From: Hypanus sabinus
Lineage: Eukaryota
DNA: 64,000 nt
Reading direction: 5' to 3'
Assembly (NCBI RefSeq): GCF_030144855.1
Contig: NW_026779196.1
Location: forward strand, 62,001-126,000
Shown here: positions 49,595-62,460 of the stretch, piece after piece
Numbering within the stretch: the first letter of the stretch is position 1
How the letters are laid out: each line of letters starts with the position of its first letter
Program-made: the position numbers and the translations under genes
The notes under the pieces: model-generated
Database searches by the model: none
What the model was told of the DNA's origin: nothing
Seen by the model: the letters and a program-made list of their open reading frames with translations, nothing else

Positions 49595-50734
49595 TGAGCA
49601 GGTGAATGGCTTCTCCCCAGAGTGTACTGACCGGTGTGCTTGTAGGTGGGATGACTGTGTGAATCCCTTCCCACAGTCTGAGCAACTGAACAGCCTCTCT
49701 CCAGTGTGAACTCGCTGATGTACCTTCAGTTGAGATGAGCAAGAGAATCCCTTCCCACAGTCTGAGCAGGTGAACGGCCTCTCCCCAGTGTGAACTCGCT
49801 GGTGTACCTTCAGATGAAATGACCGAGTGAATCGCTTCCCACAGACTGAGCATGTGAACGGCCTCTCTCCAGTGTGAACTCGTTGATGTACCTTCAGTTT
49901 AGATGAGCAAGTGAATCCCTTCCCACAGTCTGAGCAGCTGAACGGCCGCTCCCCAGTGTGAACTCTTTGATGTACTTTCAGTTGAGATGACTGAGTGAAT
50001 CCCTTCCCACAGTCTGAACAGGTGAACGACCACTCCCCAGTGTGTACTGACTGGTGTCTCAGTAGCTGAGATGACAAAGTGAAACCCTCCCCACAGTACG
50101 GGCAAGTAAATGGCCGCTCCCCCGTGTGAACTGACCTGTGTGCTTGTAGGTGAGATGACTGAGTGAATCTCTTCCCACAGTCCGAGCAGGTGAACGGCCG
50201 CTCACCGGTGTGAACTCGCTGGTGAGCCATTAGGGCGGATGACCGAGTGAATCCCTTCCCACACACTGAGCAGGTGTATGGCTTCTCCCCAGTGTGAGCT
50301 GACTGGTGTCTCAGTAGCTGAGTCGACAAAATGAATCCCTTCCCACAGTATGAACAGGTAAACAGCCTCTCCCCAGTGTGAACTGACCTGTGTGCTCGTA
50401 GGTGGGCTGACTGAGTGAATCTCTTCCCACAGTCTGAGCAGGGGAATGGCCTCTCCCCAGTGTGCACTTGCTGATGTACCTTCAATTTAGATGACTGAGT
50501 GAATCCCTTCCCACAGTCTGAGCAGGTGAACGGCCGCTCGCCAGTGTGAACTCTCTGATGTACCTTCAGTTCAGATGACTGAGTGAATCCCTTCCCACAG
50601 TCTGAGCAGGTGAATGGCCGCTCCCCAGTGTGAATTCTCTGATGTACCTTCAGTTTAGATGAGCAGCTGAAGCCTTTCCCACAGTCTGAGCAGGTGAACG
50701 GCCTCTCCCCAGTGTGAACTCGTTGGTGAGCCAT
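49571..50734 (-). CDS. Tandem C2H2 zinc-finger protein ZNF-C (13 fingers, 387 aa from first ATG), truncated by Harbinger
   Basis: Finger ORF whose first ATG (MAHQRVH) is at 50734. The final residues SLNYTSE* are read from the Harbinger TIR. Acceptor at 51139-51140. Confidence 0.9.
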   Translation of the reverse strand: MAHQRVHTGERPFTCSDCGKGFSCSSKLKVHQRIHTGERPFTCSDCGKGFTQSSELKVHQRVHTGERPFTCSDCGKGFTQSSKLKVHQQVHTGERPFPCSDCGKRFTQSAHLRAHRSVHTGERLFTCSYCGKGFILSTQLLRHQSAHTGEKPYTCSVCGKGFTRSSALMAHQRVHTGERPFTCSDCGKRFTQSSHLQAHRSVHTGERPFTCPYCGEGFTLSSQLLRHQSVHTGEWSFTCSDCGKGFTQSSQLKVHQRVHTGERPFSCSDCGKGFTCSSKLKVHQRVHTGERPFTCSVCGKRFTRSFHLKVHQRVHTGERPFTCSDCGKGFSCSSQLKVHQRVHTGERLFSCSDCGKGFTQSSHLQAHRSVHSGEKPFTCSSLNYTSE

Positions 50735-53700
50735 TAGGGTGGATGACTTAGTGAATCCCTTCACACAGTCTGAGCGGGTGAAAGGCCTCTGCCCCAGTGT
50801 GAATTGACAGGTTTGTTCACAGGAGGGAAGACCTACTGAATCCCTTCTCACACAGAGATCAGGTGAATGGCATTGTCCCAGTGTGAACTTGCTGATGTCC
50901 CTTTAGCTGAAATATCTGAATCCATTCATACCGTCTGAGCAGATGAATGGGAATCACCTGTTTAAAATGACAGGCGTGCCAGTCGGTCAGATGATAGAGT
51001 GAAATCCTCCCCACAGCCTGAGCAGGAAGGATGATCGAGTGAATCCCTTGCTCCACTTCCTAAATATCTGGACAGATTCAGCAAAACTGGCGTGGTGCAT
51101 TTTAGATTCCCGTAGAGAAATTTCTTGTCATTTGGAACCTGTAAAAAGATTAACAAAATGCATCCGTGGGTCTAGGACAACATTTCAGATGGGATCACTT
51201 GAGTTGTGAAGCTGTGAACTGACATCACACTGTTACAGTGAGGTTCAACACATGTTGGAGAGTGAACTCATCATCTAACTGGGCACACTGCTGGTATCTA
51301 TAAGATGCCTCTCTCTATAAGAATGGAGCATTTCTGGCCTGGCACAGTTTGGAGAGACATTTGTATTATCCCTGTTCCCACTGAGCTGATAGGTTCCTGG
51401 CCCCACAGTAACTGAAACACTCTCAGTCAAATAGCCTGCAGTGCATTCCACGCACCCACCACTCTCCGGGTAAAAATCTTACCCCTGACATCCCCTCGGT
51501 ACCTATTTCCTTGCAGCTTAAAACTCTGCTCCCTCGTGTTAGACATTTCAGCCCTGGGAAAACAAACCTCTGGCTATGAACACGATCTACGTCCCTCATC
51601 ATCCTCTACACGTAAAAAAGGCTCTAAACATAAACAATGAAATTATACATTGCTTTGGAAAATTGTCAGAAGTATACACGATTATGAGGGTATAGATACG
51701 GTAAATGCAAGCAGCTTTTTTCCACTGAGGTTGGGTGGGATAATAACCAGAGGTCATATGTAAGAGGGGAATGTGAAAATTTAACGGAAACATATGGAAA
51801 AGGTCCTTACTTAAATGACAGTTAGAGTGTGGAATGACATGCCAAGACAAGTGGCGAATATGAGTTCAGTTTCCCTATTTAAATGAAGTTTGGATGGGAG
51901 CCGGGATGGTAGGCGTATGGATTTGTATAAAAAGGGCACAAAGGTGATCGGGAACCAAATTCACCACAACCACAAACTGTTCCTGCTGCTACCATCCAGC
52001 ACACAGCACCACAGCAAAAGGACCAACAGGCTGCAGGACATCATCTTCAACCAGGCCATCAGACTGATTAATTGATTCCTATGCTTTCTTGACTGTGCTA
52101 TATACAAACTAATTATTATAAAACAATTTAAATTACACATTGCACATTTAGATGGTAATGTAATGTCAATATTTATACTCCTCATCTATATGAAGGATGT
52201 ATATAATAAAGTCAATTCAATTCAATTCACCATCTCCACTATCTGTTCTGTCATTCTGGCTCCCATTCCCCCTACAACTTACTTTAACCACATAACCACC
52301 GCCCACCCCCCCGCCCCCCCACTACCTCTGGCAAGCCTTACCACTAGGATATTAGTCACTTCTTGATCTGTTCCCCTAACTAACAAATCCTCTATTAGCC
52401 CTCTGCCAGGGAATTCCCACAACAGCTTCTAAAGTAGTCTTCCTGTTGTTGTGGGGGATGGCCACTAGAGTACTCTGTGATTCCTATTTAACCTCATTCC
52501 CCTTCCTGACTCTCACCCAGTTTCCTGTGCCCTGCACCTTGGGTGTAACTCACCTTTCTGCATGTCATATCTATCAACACCTCCAACTCCTGGATGATCT
52601 GGAATTCATCCATTTCATGTTCCAGCTCATTGAAGTGCAGGGTTACAAGCTGCAGCTGGATGCACACCTTGTATGTGAGGGCATCAGGGACACTGGAGAT
52701 CTCCCCGCCTTCTCACCAGTAGCCCCTCTAACTTGTAATCATCAGTCTGCAGATACTGTGCATTTTTTTATCCAGTGACAAGATGTGCACAGTGAATTTT
52801 ATATAGAGATGTATTCATTTTCATAGCTGGCAAATCACTGTTGACAGGAACTTTGATCTCCTCTGGGTTCGATCAAGTTCATCTGCACTTTCACAAAACC
52901 TATGTAGCAGGCCTGGAATGGGTAATGAAGGATTTTCTCACCAAAGCATTTGCATATTGTCCATATGTGGTTTGCTTGATAAATTACACTTTAAAAATTC
53001 AGATTTCCAAATATCACTCCACTTCTTCCCACTTGCAAATTCTCCAGCAACTTTTGCATCACCACAATGCACACAGGTATCACCAGTTTCTATATTCTAC
53101 AAAAATATTCCCCTAAACCCTCCCCCAATGACTGACGGTGATGAACTCAGTGAATGCAATGCCAATGTATATGAAGGGAAGGGCAGTAGTCTGTCTCACT
53201 GGAGTCTGGCATATTTGTGATGTGAAAGCCACTTGTTGCCCAAGCCATTACGCACCCAGAGAGAATGGGACAAAACATGTTCTCACCGGTAGAAAAGTCC
53301 AGAGCAAGAGGAGGTAGAACAAGCAACACACACAAAATACTGGAGGAACGCAGCAGGCCAGGCAGCATCTGTGGAAAAGAGTACTAATGCTGAGTTCCTC
53401 CAGTTTTTTGTGCGTGTTGCTTGGAATTCCAGCATCTGCAGATTTTCTCTTGTTAGAGGTTGGACGTAGAACAAAGACGATTTTCTCAACTGGTGATGTA
53501 AAAGATTTTGTTCCCTTTCTCCGAGTTCCTAATCCTTGCATTTAGATAGCTGGAGCTCAGCTCTGTCTGAGAGATCCATCGGTTCCCATTCCCTCATCAG
53601 CCGGAAGCTCCCCGGGGTCCGTGTACAGATAGTGGGACTGAGAGTGAGGGACGAGAGCAGGACTATCCCGGGATTGCGGGTCACGGTGACCGGATTTCAC

Positions 53701-53749
53701 AGGAATTGTCCTGAAGTCGGTGTTTAAGATAAAAACACAGAGAAACTTT

Positions 53750-53900
53750 CTTACCTGCACCAGAAATTTTCAAGGCCTTCGGTGTATTACGCGCATGCGT
53801 GATACTCGTGGACGTCATCAGCGCTGACGCCTGCGCATTTCATCGGTGCTTCGGCGCCTGGGAAATTTTTAACGCAGCGCCTTATGGGTAATCACGGTGC
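53750..53900 (-). promoter_or_regulatory. Putative promoter/first exon of ZNF-C
   Basis: Minus strand GATGACGTC (53819-53811), ACGCATGCGC (53800-53791) and a CAG|GTAAGA donor at 53755/53754. Confidence 0.65.
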
Positions 53901-54439
53901 CATTAAACATTTCTGCAAGCACCGGTTCAACGTCTATACCTCATTTTTTTCGTGTATATAGAAAAATCAGCAGCTGGTTTAACGCGGAAAGCTGCTCCCA
54001 TAAACAATATACTCAATATCAAAGTGTATCTAATGCCAAAGTAAAACGCAGGTGTAAAACACAGGAGATTCTGTAGTTGCTGGAAATACAGGGACACACA
54101 CATGCAAAATGCTGGAGGAACTCTGCAGTTCAGGCAGCAACTAAGCAGAGGAGTACACACTCGGCATGCGGAGCGGGCTTGGTCTAAACTTTGTCTATTC
54201 CTCTCCACATTTACTGCCGGATCGGTTGATTTCCTGCAGTATTTTGCAGAAATTAACCACTTTTTTTTTCGGTCAACCAGTTTCCAAATGCTTCTGATCT
54301 TTCTTTTGTCGCCAGCTCTGGAAAAAAGCCTCTGGCTATCCACACGACCAATGCCTCTCATCATCTTTTACATCTGCATCAATGTATTATACGAAGTGAC
54401 AGTCACACATCCGTTGTGCACTGCGTGCTGATGATCGAC

Positions 54440-55765
54440 CCAAACTTGTGAGTAAAGGGTAATCAAAGCTAGTGGCATGAGTTACAGGGGAATAGAGTCG
54501 TGGGGCAATTGAAACAGAAAGCAACAAATGCAGGACTGAGAGTATTGTATTTGAATGCACGCAGCATAAGGAATAAAATGGACTATCTTGCAATTCAGCT
54601 CCTGATTGGCAAACGTGACGCTGTGACCATCTGTGAAACTTGGCTAAAGAATGGCTGCCATTGGGAGCTGAACGTCCAAGGATTTAAGGTGTATCAGTAA
54701 GATAGGTGAGTGGGCACAGGAGGTGGTGTGGCCATGTGTACAAGAAATAATATTAAATCATTGGAAAGAGATGACATAGGATTGGAAGGTGTAGAGTCTC
54801 TACAGGCTGAATAAAGAAATTTACGATGCGTGTCGATGCTTTGGACAACGGCATAAATGGATTTGTGGCTAAATTTGCCAATGATACCAAGATAGGTGGA
54901 GGAGCGGGTAGTTTTGAGGAAACAGAGAGCCTGCAGAGAGATTTAGGTAGTTTAGGGGAATAGGCAAAGAAGTGGCAAATTGCTGGAAGGAGTAAACGGA
55001 CAGACTATTGTTTAGATGGAAAGTGAATTCAAAATGCAGAGATGCAAATGGACTTGGGAGTCCTTGTGCGGGATGCCCTAAAGGTTAACTTCCAGGATGG
55101 GTCTGTGGTGAAGAAGGCAAATGCAATGTTGGCTTTCATTTCTAGAGGTACAGAATAGAAGAGCAGGGATGCGATGGTGAGGCTCTATAAGGCACTCGTG
55201 AGATCACACAGACTATTGTGTGCAGTTTTGTGATCCTTATTTTAGAAATGATATACTAACATTCGAGAGGGTTCAGAGAAGATTCACGAGAATGATTCCA
55301 GGAATGAAAGGTTTACCATATGAGGAACGTCTGGCCGCTCTTGGGCTGTATTCCCTCGAGTTCAGGAGAATAATGGGGATCTCATAGAAACATTCTGAAT
55401 ACTAAAAGGCCTGAACCGATTATATATGGCAAATTTAATTTCCCATGGTAGGGGATACGAGGAAAAGAAGGCCTGATTCCAGAATTGAAGGACGTCCATT
55501 TAGAACAGAGATGCGGAAAAATTACATTAGTCAGTGGGTGGTAAATCCGTGGAATTTGTTGTCATGGCGGCTGTGGAGGCCAAGTCATTGGGTATATTTA
55601 AAGCTGAGATAGATAGGTTCTTGATTAGCCAGGGCATCAAATGCTACGGGGTGAAGGCAGGGGAGTGGGGATGACTGGAAGAATTGGATCAACCCATCAT
55701 TGAACGGCGGAGCAGACACGATGGGCCGATTAGCCAACTTCTGCTCCAATATTTTGTGGTCTTAT
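54440..55765 (+). mobile_element. CR1 LINE, internally deleted (endonuclease start joined to RT 3' half and tail)
   Basis: LRVLYLNARSIRNK..ETWL, followed by KFAxDTK and RVQRRFTRMIPG. Confidence 0.88.
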
Positions 55766-56409
55766 AGTCTATTTCACTGTTTCGACCTGACAAAGTGCAG
55801 CCAATATTTCTGGATATATGGCCCATTCAAATGAGAATTTAGGCTTTTCTCTTTTTCTGAGCTCGTCATAAATGTGTACACTTTAGTTAAGCTTTGCTCC
55901 AGAATTTCCACACAATTAAAAGTGTTTATTACAGTTTTTATTTTGATTTTTGCACTACTTATATAATTTAACGATTTAAAGTGTATGTTTTTGTAATTCA
56001 TAATTGTTAAAATCTACTGTTATGAATTAGGTTCTACTGCTACCGTAAAGACAAAGAATTTCATGACATATGCCAGTGCTATTAAACCTGATTCAGATAT
56101 TGATATGGGAGACCCGGTTACCTGTTCCCAGTTACCGCGGATCGTTATGCGAGATTGAAGCCTTTTCTATTTATTTGCATTCCTCAGAAATGACAACAGT
56201 TCAGTTTCCTTCTGATGTTCCAAAGCAGATGCTCAGTCTGTCTAATATTTCCACACAATTAGAATGGGCAATTTGTTTATTCTCATCATGTACCGAGATA
56301 CAGCGAAAATCCACACAGATCGATACATTGCAACAGTACATTAAGCTGATATACGAATAAACAATAACTGTAGCAAAGCATTATGACTGCAGAGAAAGTG
56401 CAGTGCAGA

Positions 56410-57550
56410 TAGACATATGGTGCAGGGTCACGTCGAGTTACATTGTGAGGTCGAGTCCATTTTAGCATTCATTTGGCTTATAACCACAGGCATGAAGCCG
56501 TCCTTGAGCCGGGTGTTACGCACTTTAAGGCTTTTGTATCTCTCCCGATGGGGGAGCGGGTTTTGCATCAAGAATGTCCAGGTTGTGAGGGTCTTTGAAT
56601 ACATGAACTGCTTTTCCGAGGCAGGGAAAGTGTAGGAAGAGTCCATGGAGTGGAGGCTTGTTTCTCTGATGTTCTCTGCTCTCCAAAGTTCTCTGTAGTT
56701 CCTTGCAGTCATGGGCAGAGCAGTAGGCATACGAAGGCGTATCGACAAGGATAAGTTCCTGGGCCTTCACCCTGCTCTGTGTAGCTGGAATCTGGACTTC
56801 CTGTCAGATCGCCGGCAGGTGTTAAGTGTGGGCTCCTTCACCTCTCTCCCTCTGACTCTCAGTACACATACCCTACAGGGTCTTCTCCTTAGACCCCTTC
56901 TTTACTCTCTGTGCACCCATGATTGTGTTGCTAGCCACAGTTCCAAACAGCTAATCAGATTTATTGACGATAGTACACTGATTGGCTTAATCTCAGATAA
57001 CAATAAGGCAACCTACAAGGAAGGAGTCATTCACCCTGACACACTGGTGTCAATAAAACAAACTCTCCCTTAATGTAGCAAAAGCAAAGGAGCTGGTTGT
57101 GGACAAAAGGAGGAACGGACAGAGGGAAGCCCCAGTTGATATCAATGGATCTGGAGTTGAGAGGGTTTACAGATTTAAGTTCCTTCACACATCACCGAGG
57201 ATCTCACGGGGTCTGTACATACCGGCTGCGTGGGGGAAAAAGGCAAAGCAGAGCTTAGTTCACCTCAGGCCACTGGGGACCAGAGTCACCCCAACCAGAA
57301 ACTATTCCAGCTGCTACCATCCGGGAAATGATAACGCTGCATAAAAGACAGGGCCAACAGGCTCCGGGACAGCTTCATCCACCAGGCCATCGGATTGATT
57401 AATTCATGCTGACAAAATAGTATTTCTATGTTATATTGTTGTACATGCAATTTATGATAAATTATGATATTGCACATTGCATATTCCGACGGAAACGTAA
57501 AGATTTTTACTCAGGTATATAAAGGATGTAAGTAATAGTGTCAACTCAAT
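56410..57550. mobile_element. Rex1/Babar-type fragments; inverted paralogue of 12850-13590
   Basis: LCSWNLDFLSDRRQV..LLYSLCTHDC..IRFIDD, with the shared fragment junction. Confidence 0.75.
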
Positions 57551-57569
57551 TCCCTGCCCATCTGGGATA

Positions 57570-58190
57570 ATCACTATCCAACCTGTATCCAACCAACTCA
57601 ATCATATATATCAACCATCTTGGTCAACCTCTGTCCAGTCTGTATCCCACCATCTCAATGATATATATCAACCATTTTGTTCAACCTCTGTCCAAACTGT
57701 ATCCCATCACCTCAATGATATATATCAACCATCTTGTTCAACCTCTGTCCAGCCTGTATCCCACCAACTCAATGATATATATCAACCATCTTGTTCAACC
57801 TCTGTCCAGCCTGTATCCCATCACCTTAAAGGTGTATATGAACTATCTAGTTCAATCTCTGTCCAGCCTGTATCCCAACACCTGAATGATATATATCAAA
57901 CTTCTTGTTTCACCTCTGTCCAGTCTATATCCCACCACCTCAATCATATATATTAATCATCTTGTTCAGTCTCTGTCCAGCCTGCATTCCACCACCTCAA
58001 TGATATATATCAACTATCTAGTTCAACCTTTGTCCAGCCTGTATCCCACCACCTGAATAATATATATCAAACGTCTTGTTCCACCTCTGTCCAGTCTATA
58101 TCCCAACACCTCAATGATATATATCAACCACCTTGTAGATACTCTGTTTAGTTGTATCCCATCAATTTATACATCAACAATTTATCTTCA
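57570..58190. repeat. 57-bp minisatellite, about 11 diverged copies
   Basis: Unit aacctctgtccagcctgtatcccaccaactcaatgatatatatcaaccatcttgttc. The period was confirmed from 57625 to 57682. Confidence 0.95.
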
Positions 58191-60224
58191 ACCATTGTGA
58201 CGTATTTTGCCTTACTGAGTTATTTCTGAAATCATTGTTTGTTACCTGGGTCTACCAGAGGATTTATTGAATACAGCACCAGGTAATGTACAGACAGCCA
58301 CTGCGATTTTAGCTTCAACGTTACCAAGTGTCCGCCGTGTTAATCTTTGTCAGAAGGGGGCTTGGAAGCAGAAATAACGGATTCATAGTGGGGTGGGGAG
58401 GATGTTATGTATATTAACTGCTTATCCCTGTATTGGATTGAAGAGAAAACTAACGAATATTGGCATTATATCTGTGCAACTTTGTTCAGGCCATCACAAG
58501 TATCTTGTAATCAGTTAATAGTTGTGAATCATTTAAAGTAAAAAGTGAAAATGTTATAACCGTTCAGCAGATCGGGCAACATCTTGGACAGTCCCAGTTC
58601 CGGCAATGGATCTTCCACAGTTTGTCTTTCCACAGATCCAATCTGATGTACCGAGTTTCCAGCACTTTAATTTCAATTTGATATTAAACTCGTTTTATTC
58701 CTGTTAGCCTACAGGAAATGCGAAGGCCAATTGTGCTGGGCAAGATCTCATTTAACAATTGGAAAATGACAAAATGTGTTCAGTTTAGCTGATGGAGACA
58801 ATGTGAAATGTGAAACATGCCTGCAGTTGCCCCGCCCCAGGTTTTCCAGCCCAACATCTGACTCAGTCAGAAGATCATCAGGTTCCCGTTCTGCCACAGG
58901 TTGATGTCGGAGTGTTGGTGTTTGAACTCTGAATGGCCGAGACACTGCAGCATATTACTGGCAACAAGGAGTCCTGGGCGAGTTGCAGTTTGAGTTGTAA
59001 TCCTGGGCAACACTGGGCATATAGACCTGTCAGTATTTGTGATTTGGCCCAGGACAGTACTTCCACAGATGGGAGATGAATGTTCCTCCTTTCACAATGA
59101 ATCAAAATTCTTGGGATGCTGGGCCTTCGTTTTGGGGAAATCGCTGATTACATCACGCACTGTGAGATGTAGGGATGACGTACAAGGATTACAGGTTCGC
59201 TGAGTGGCAGATTCAGCTGTGTGACTCTGTGTGGTTGGATCTTGGGATATCGCAGTGCTAGATCCAAGTACAATAGACTCGGGGATAAACGGCCTAGGGT
59301 TATGATGTGTGAGCGAGTATTTCTGTTCTGGGTTCAGATGTTTGTTTCTGGAGTCCCTTTGGAAGCAATAACTGCTATACTGAGGAGTGGATGAGTTACC
59401 ATTCCATCCCTCACAGAGAGAGGTTGTGAGTAAATGGGCTGTTCCGTGTTTGCAACAGAAATAGACCCGTGAGTTTGTTGTTCAAACTGTGGTTGGAAAT
59501 CGCCCCTCACTGCCACCTGCCTGTCAGTCGGGGGAAATCAGGCAGAATCTCAAGATGCTGGAAATCTTCACAAAAACGGAACATAGTTGACACCACTCTG
59601 AGGAACGGCTTTGAATCCAAATCGCGAACTTTGTCCTCTTGAAATGATCCTGTGCACAGACGCTTGTTTAGTGATACTTAGTGGAACAGTGAAGGAATCT
59701 CTGTTTTCCCCTGTGAATTATCCTGGTACCACTTTCTCTGTTGTTCCGGGAAATGTGTTCAGTACAACTGCTGCTCACACGGTTTACAAAAGTAATCTCA
59801 GGAATGAGAGGGTTTATGTTGGACAAGCATTTGATGACTGGGCCTGTACTCTATGGATTTCAGAAGTATAGAGGTTGACGGGATCTTAATTAAACCCACA
59901 GAATGCTGATCAGCATGGTGACGGTGGACATGGAGAGGATGTTTGCATCAGAAGGAGAGCCTGTGATCTGAGAGGACAGCCGCAAAATAAAGAAGTTTCC
60001 CTTTAAATCTGAGATAAGAGAAACTTCCTCAGCCAAAGAGTGTTCGACATGTGGAGTTTGTTGCAACAGATTGTGTTTGAGGCTGGAATTTGGTATATTT
60101 ATGGCAATATATTATTGATCACTAGAGGAGGAATCATGTTTTATTAGCCAGAACTACGATAAGATTAAATCAATACAACACAAGGCATGGTTAAAAGCAG
60201 CCTTTACAATTTTAGATTCATCAT

Positions 60225-60345
60225 TTCAAAATGGCTGCCATGTTAACCTTTGTCACAATGTAACTCATAGCGTGTGATGTTGAGTTTGTTATTTCCTTTT
60301 TCAGTTACTTTTGTTGAGCCACTTCCTCCGTTTCCATGGTAACAA
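60225..60345. promoter_or_regulatory. Candidate regulatory element (RFX X-box, ETS-like and YY1-like sites)
   Basis: GTTTCCATGGTAAC 60330-60343, adjacent ACTTCC, and AAAATGGCTGCC at about 60228-60239. Confidence 0.35.
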
Positions 60346-60494
60346 ACCACTGGCAGTGCAAGAAATGTCACATAATTTCCTCGCTCTGTGTTCACTTCCA
60401 CGCAGCGCAGAGACAGTAACCTCGGGAGCAAATGCAACAGAATGATATTGGGAGTAAAGGGTGCTGTGAGCATTGGCTGTATGGAATGAACTGA

Positions 60495-61920
60495 GAATAT
60501 AGAAATATAGAAAATCTGCAGCATAATACACAGGCCCTTCGGCCAACTGTGCTGTGCGAAACATGTACTTACTTCAGAAATTTCCTAGGTAGACCCATAG
60601 CCCCCCACTATTCTAAGATCCATGTACATATCCAAGATGCTCTTAAAAGACCCTACTCTATCCGCCTCCACCAACGTCGGCGGCAGTCCTGTCCACGTAC
60701 ACACCACTGTCTGGGTAAAAGAGAAGACATACCACTGACAGCGCCTGGGTACCTAATTCCAGAGATCTTAAAACTGTGCCCTCTCGTATTAGCCATTTCA
60801 GCCCTGGTAAAAAGCGCCTGACTATCCACACGATCAATGTTCATATCATCTTGTACACGTCTATCAGATCACCTCTCATCCTCCGTCGCTCCAAGGAGAA
60901 AAGGCAAAGTTAACTCAACTTTTCTCTGAAGGCATGCTCCCAAATCCAGGAAACATCCTTGTAAACCTCTTCTGCACACTTTCTATAGTTCCTACATCCT
61001 TCGGGTAGTGAGGTAACCAGAACCGAGCACAATACTCCAAGTTATGTCTGACCAGGGTCGTATATAGCTGCAACATTAGCACTCAGCTCCTGAACTCAGT
61101 CCTTCTGTTGATGAAGGCCAATGCACCGTATGCTTTCTGAACCACACAGTTAACCTACGCAGTAGCTTTGAGTGTCCTATGTACTCGGACTCCAAGGTCA
61201 CTTAGATCCTCCACACTGCCAAGAGTCTGACAATTAATACTATATGCTACCATCATTGATGAACTAGCAAAATGAACCACCTCACACTTTTCTGGATTGA
61301 ATTCCATCTGCCTCTTCTCAGACCAGTTTTACATCTAATCGATGTCCCGCTGTAACCTCGACAGCCCTCCACACTATCCACAATAACCCCAACATAAGTG
61401 ACATCAGCAAATTTACTAACCTATCCCTCCACTTCCTCATCCAGGTCATCTCTAAAAATTGTTAAGGAAAGGGTGCCAGATCCCTGAGGCACAGTACTGG
61501 TCAGCGACCTCAATGCAGACTACAACAACTCTTTGCCTTCTGTGGACAAGCTAGTTCTGGATCCACAAAGCAAGATCTCCTTGGATCCGCTGCGTCTTTA
61601 CTTTCTCAATAGGCCTTGCATGGGGTACCTTATCAAACGCCTTGCTGAAATCCATATACAATCCATGTACTGCTCTAGCTTAATCAATGTATTCAATCAC
61701 ATCATTAAAAATCAATGAGGCTCGTAAGGCACGACCCGCCTTTGACAAACCCATGTCGATTATTTCTAATCATATTATGCCTCTCCAAATGTTCAGAAAT
61801 CCTGCCTCTCAGGATCTTCTCCACAAATTTACCATCACTGATGTAAATTTCATTGGTGTATAATTTCCTGGGCTATCTCAACTCACTTTCTTGAATAAAG
61901 GAACAACATCAGCAACCTTC
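60495..61920 (-). mobile_element. CR1 LINE RT to 3' end, degenerate
   Basis: The minus strand gives MDFSKAFDKVPHARP, VPQG and LEYCARFW, followed by the 3' tail. Confidence 0.88.
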
Positions 61921-62149
61921 CGATCAGTTAATATCTGTGCATTAACAATCAACAAAAACAGTTGTTACAGTAAATTCAAAGTAAAAAGGGAGAATGCTGG
62001 AAACATTCAGCAGATCGGCAGGATCTCGGACAGTCCCAGTTCTGAAACTGGGTCTTCCACCATTTCTCCTTCACGGATGTACCCTGATGTACTGTGTTCC
62101 CAGTATTTTCAATTTTATAATTTTACAATGTGTTTCGGCTACCCTGAGG

Positions 62150-62460
62150 TTACCTTGCATGTTCTCCAGGCTTACATGTTAAAAATCCCCAACTATTATC
62201 ATAACATTGCCCTTCCTACAGGCGTTTTCTATTTCCTGCTCTAATTTCTAATCCACATTCCGACTGTTGTTTCGAGGCCTTTATAAAACAGCCATTAGGG
62301 TCCTTTTATCCTTTCCATTTCTGAACTCAACACATAAAGACCCTACACCTTGCGATCCTATGTCATACTTTTCACATGATTTAATATTTTGTTTTCTTAT
62401 ACAAAGGCCACACCATCACCTCTACTGACTAACCTATCTTTCTGACACACCGTATATCCT
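62150..62460 (-). mobile_element. CR1 endonuclease fragment running into the 63-bp satellite
   Basis: The reverse complement aligns with CR1 at 54680-54800 and contains IIVGDFN. Confidence 0.8.

Noticed and set aside
57570-58190. CRISPR array or coding repeat (ORF 57658-57885)
   Set aside because: A simple minisatellite without spacers. The short ORF is a by-product of the 57-bp period.
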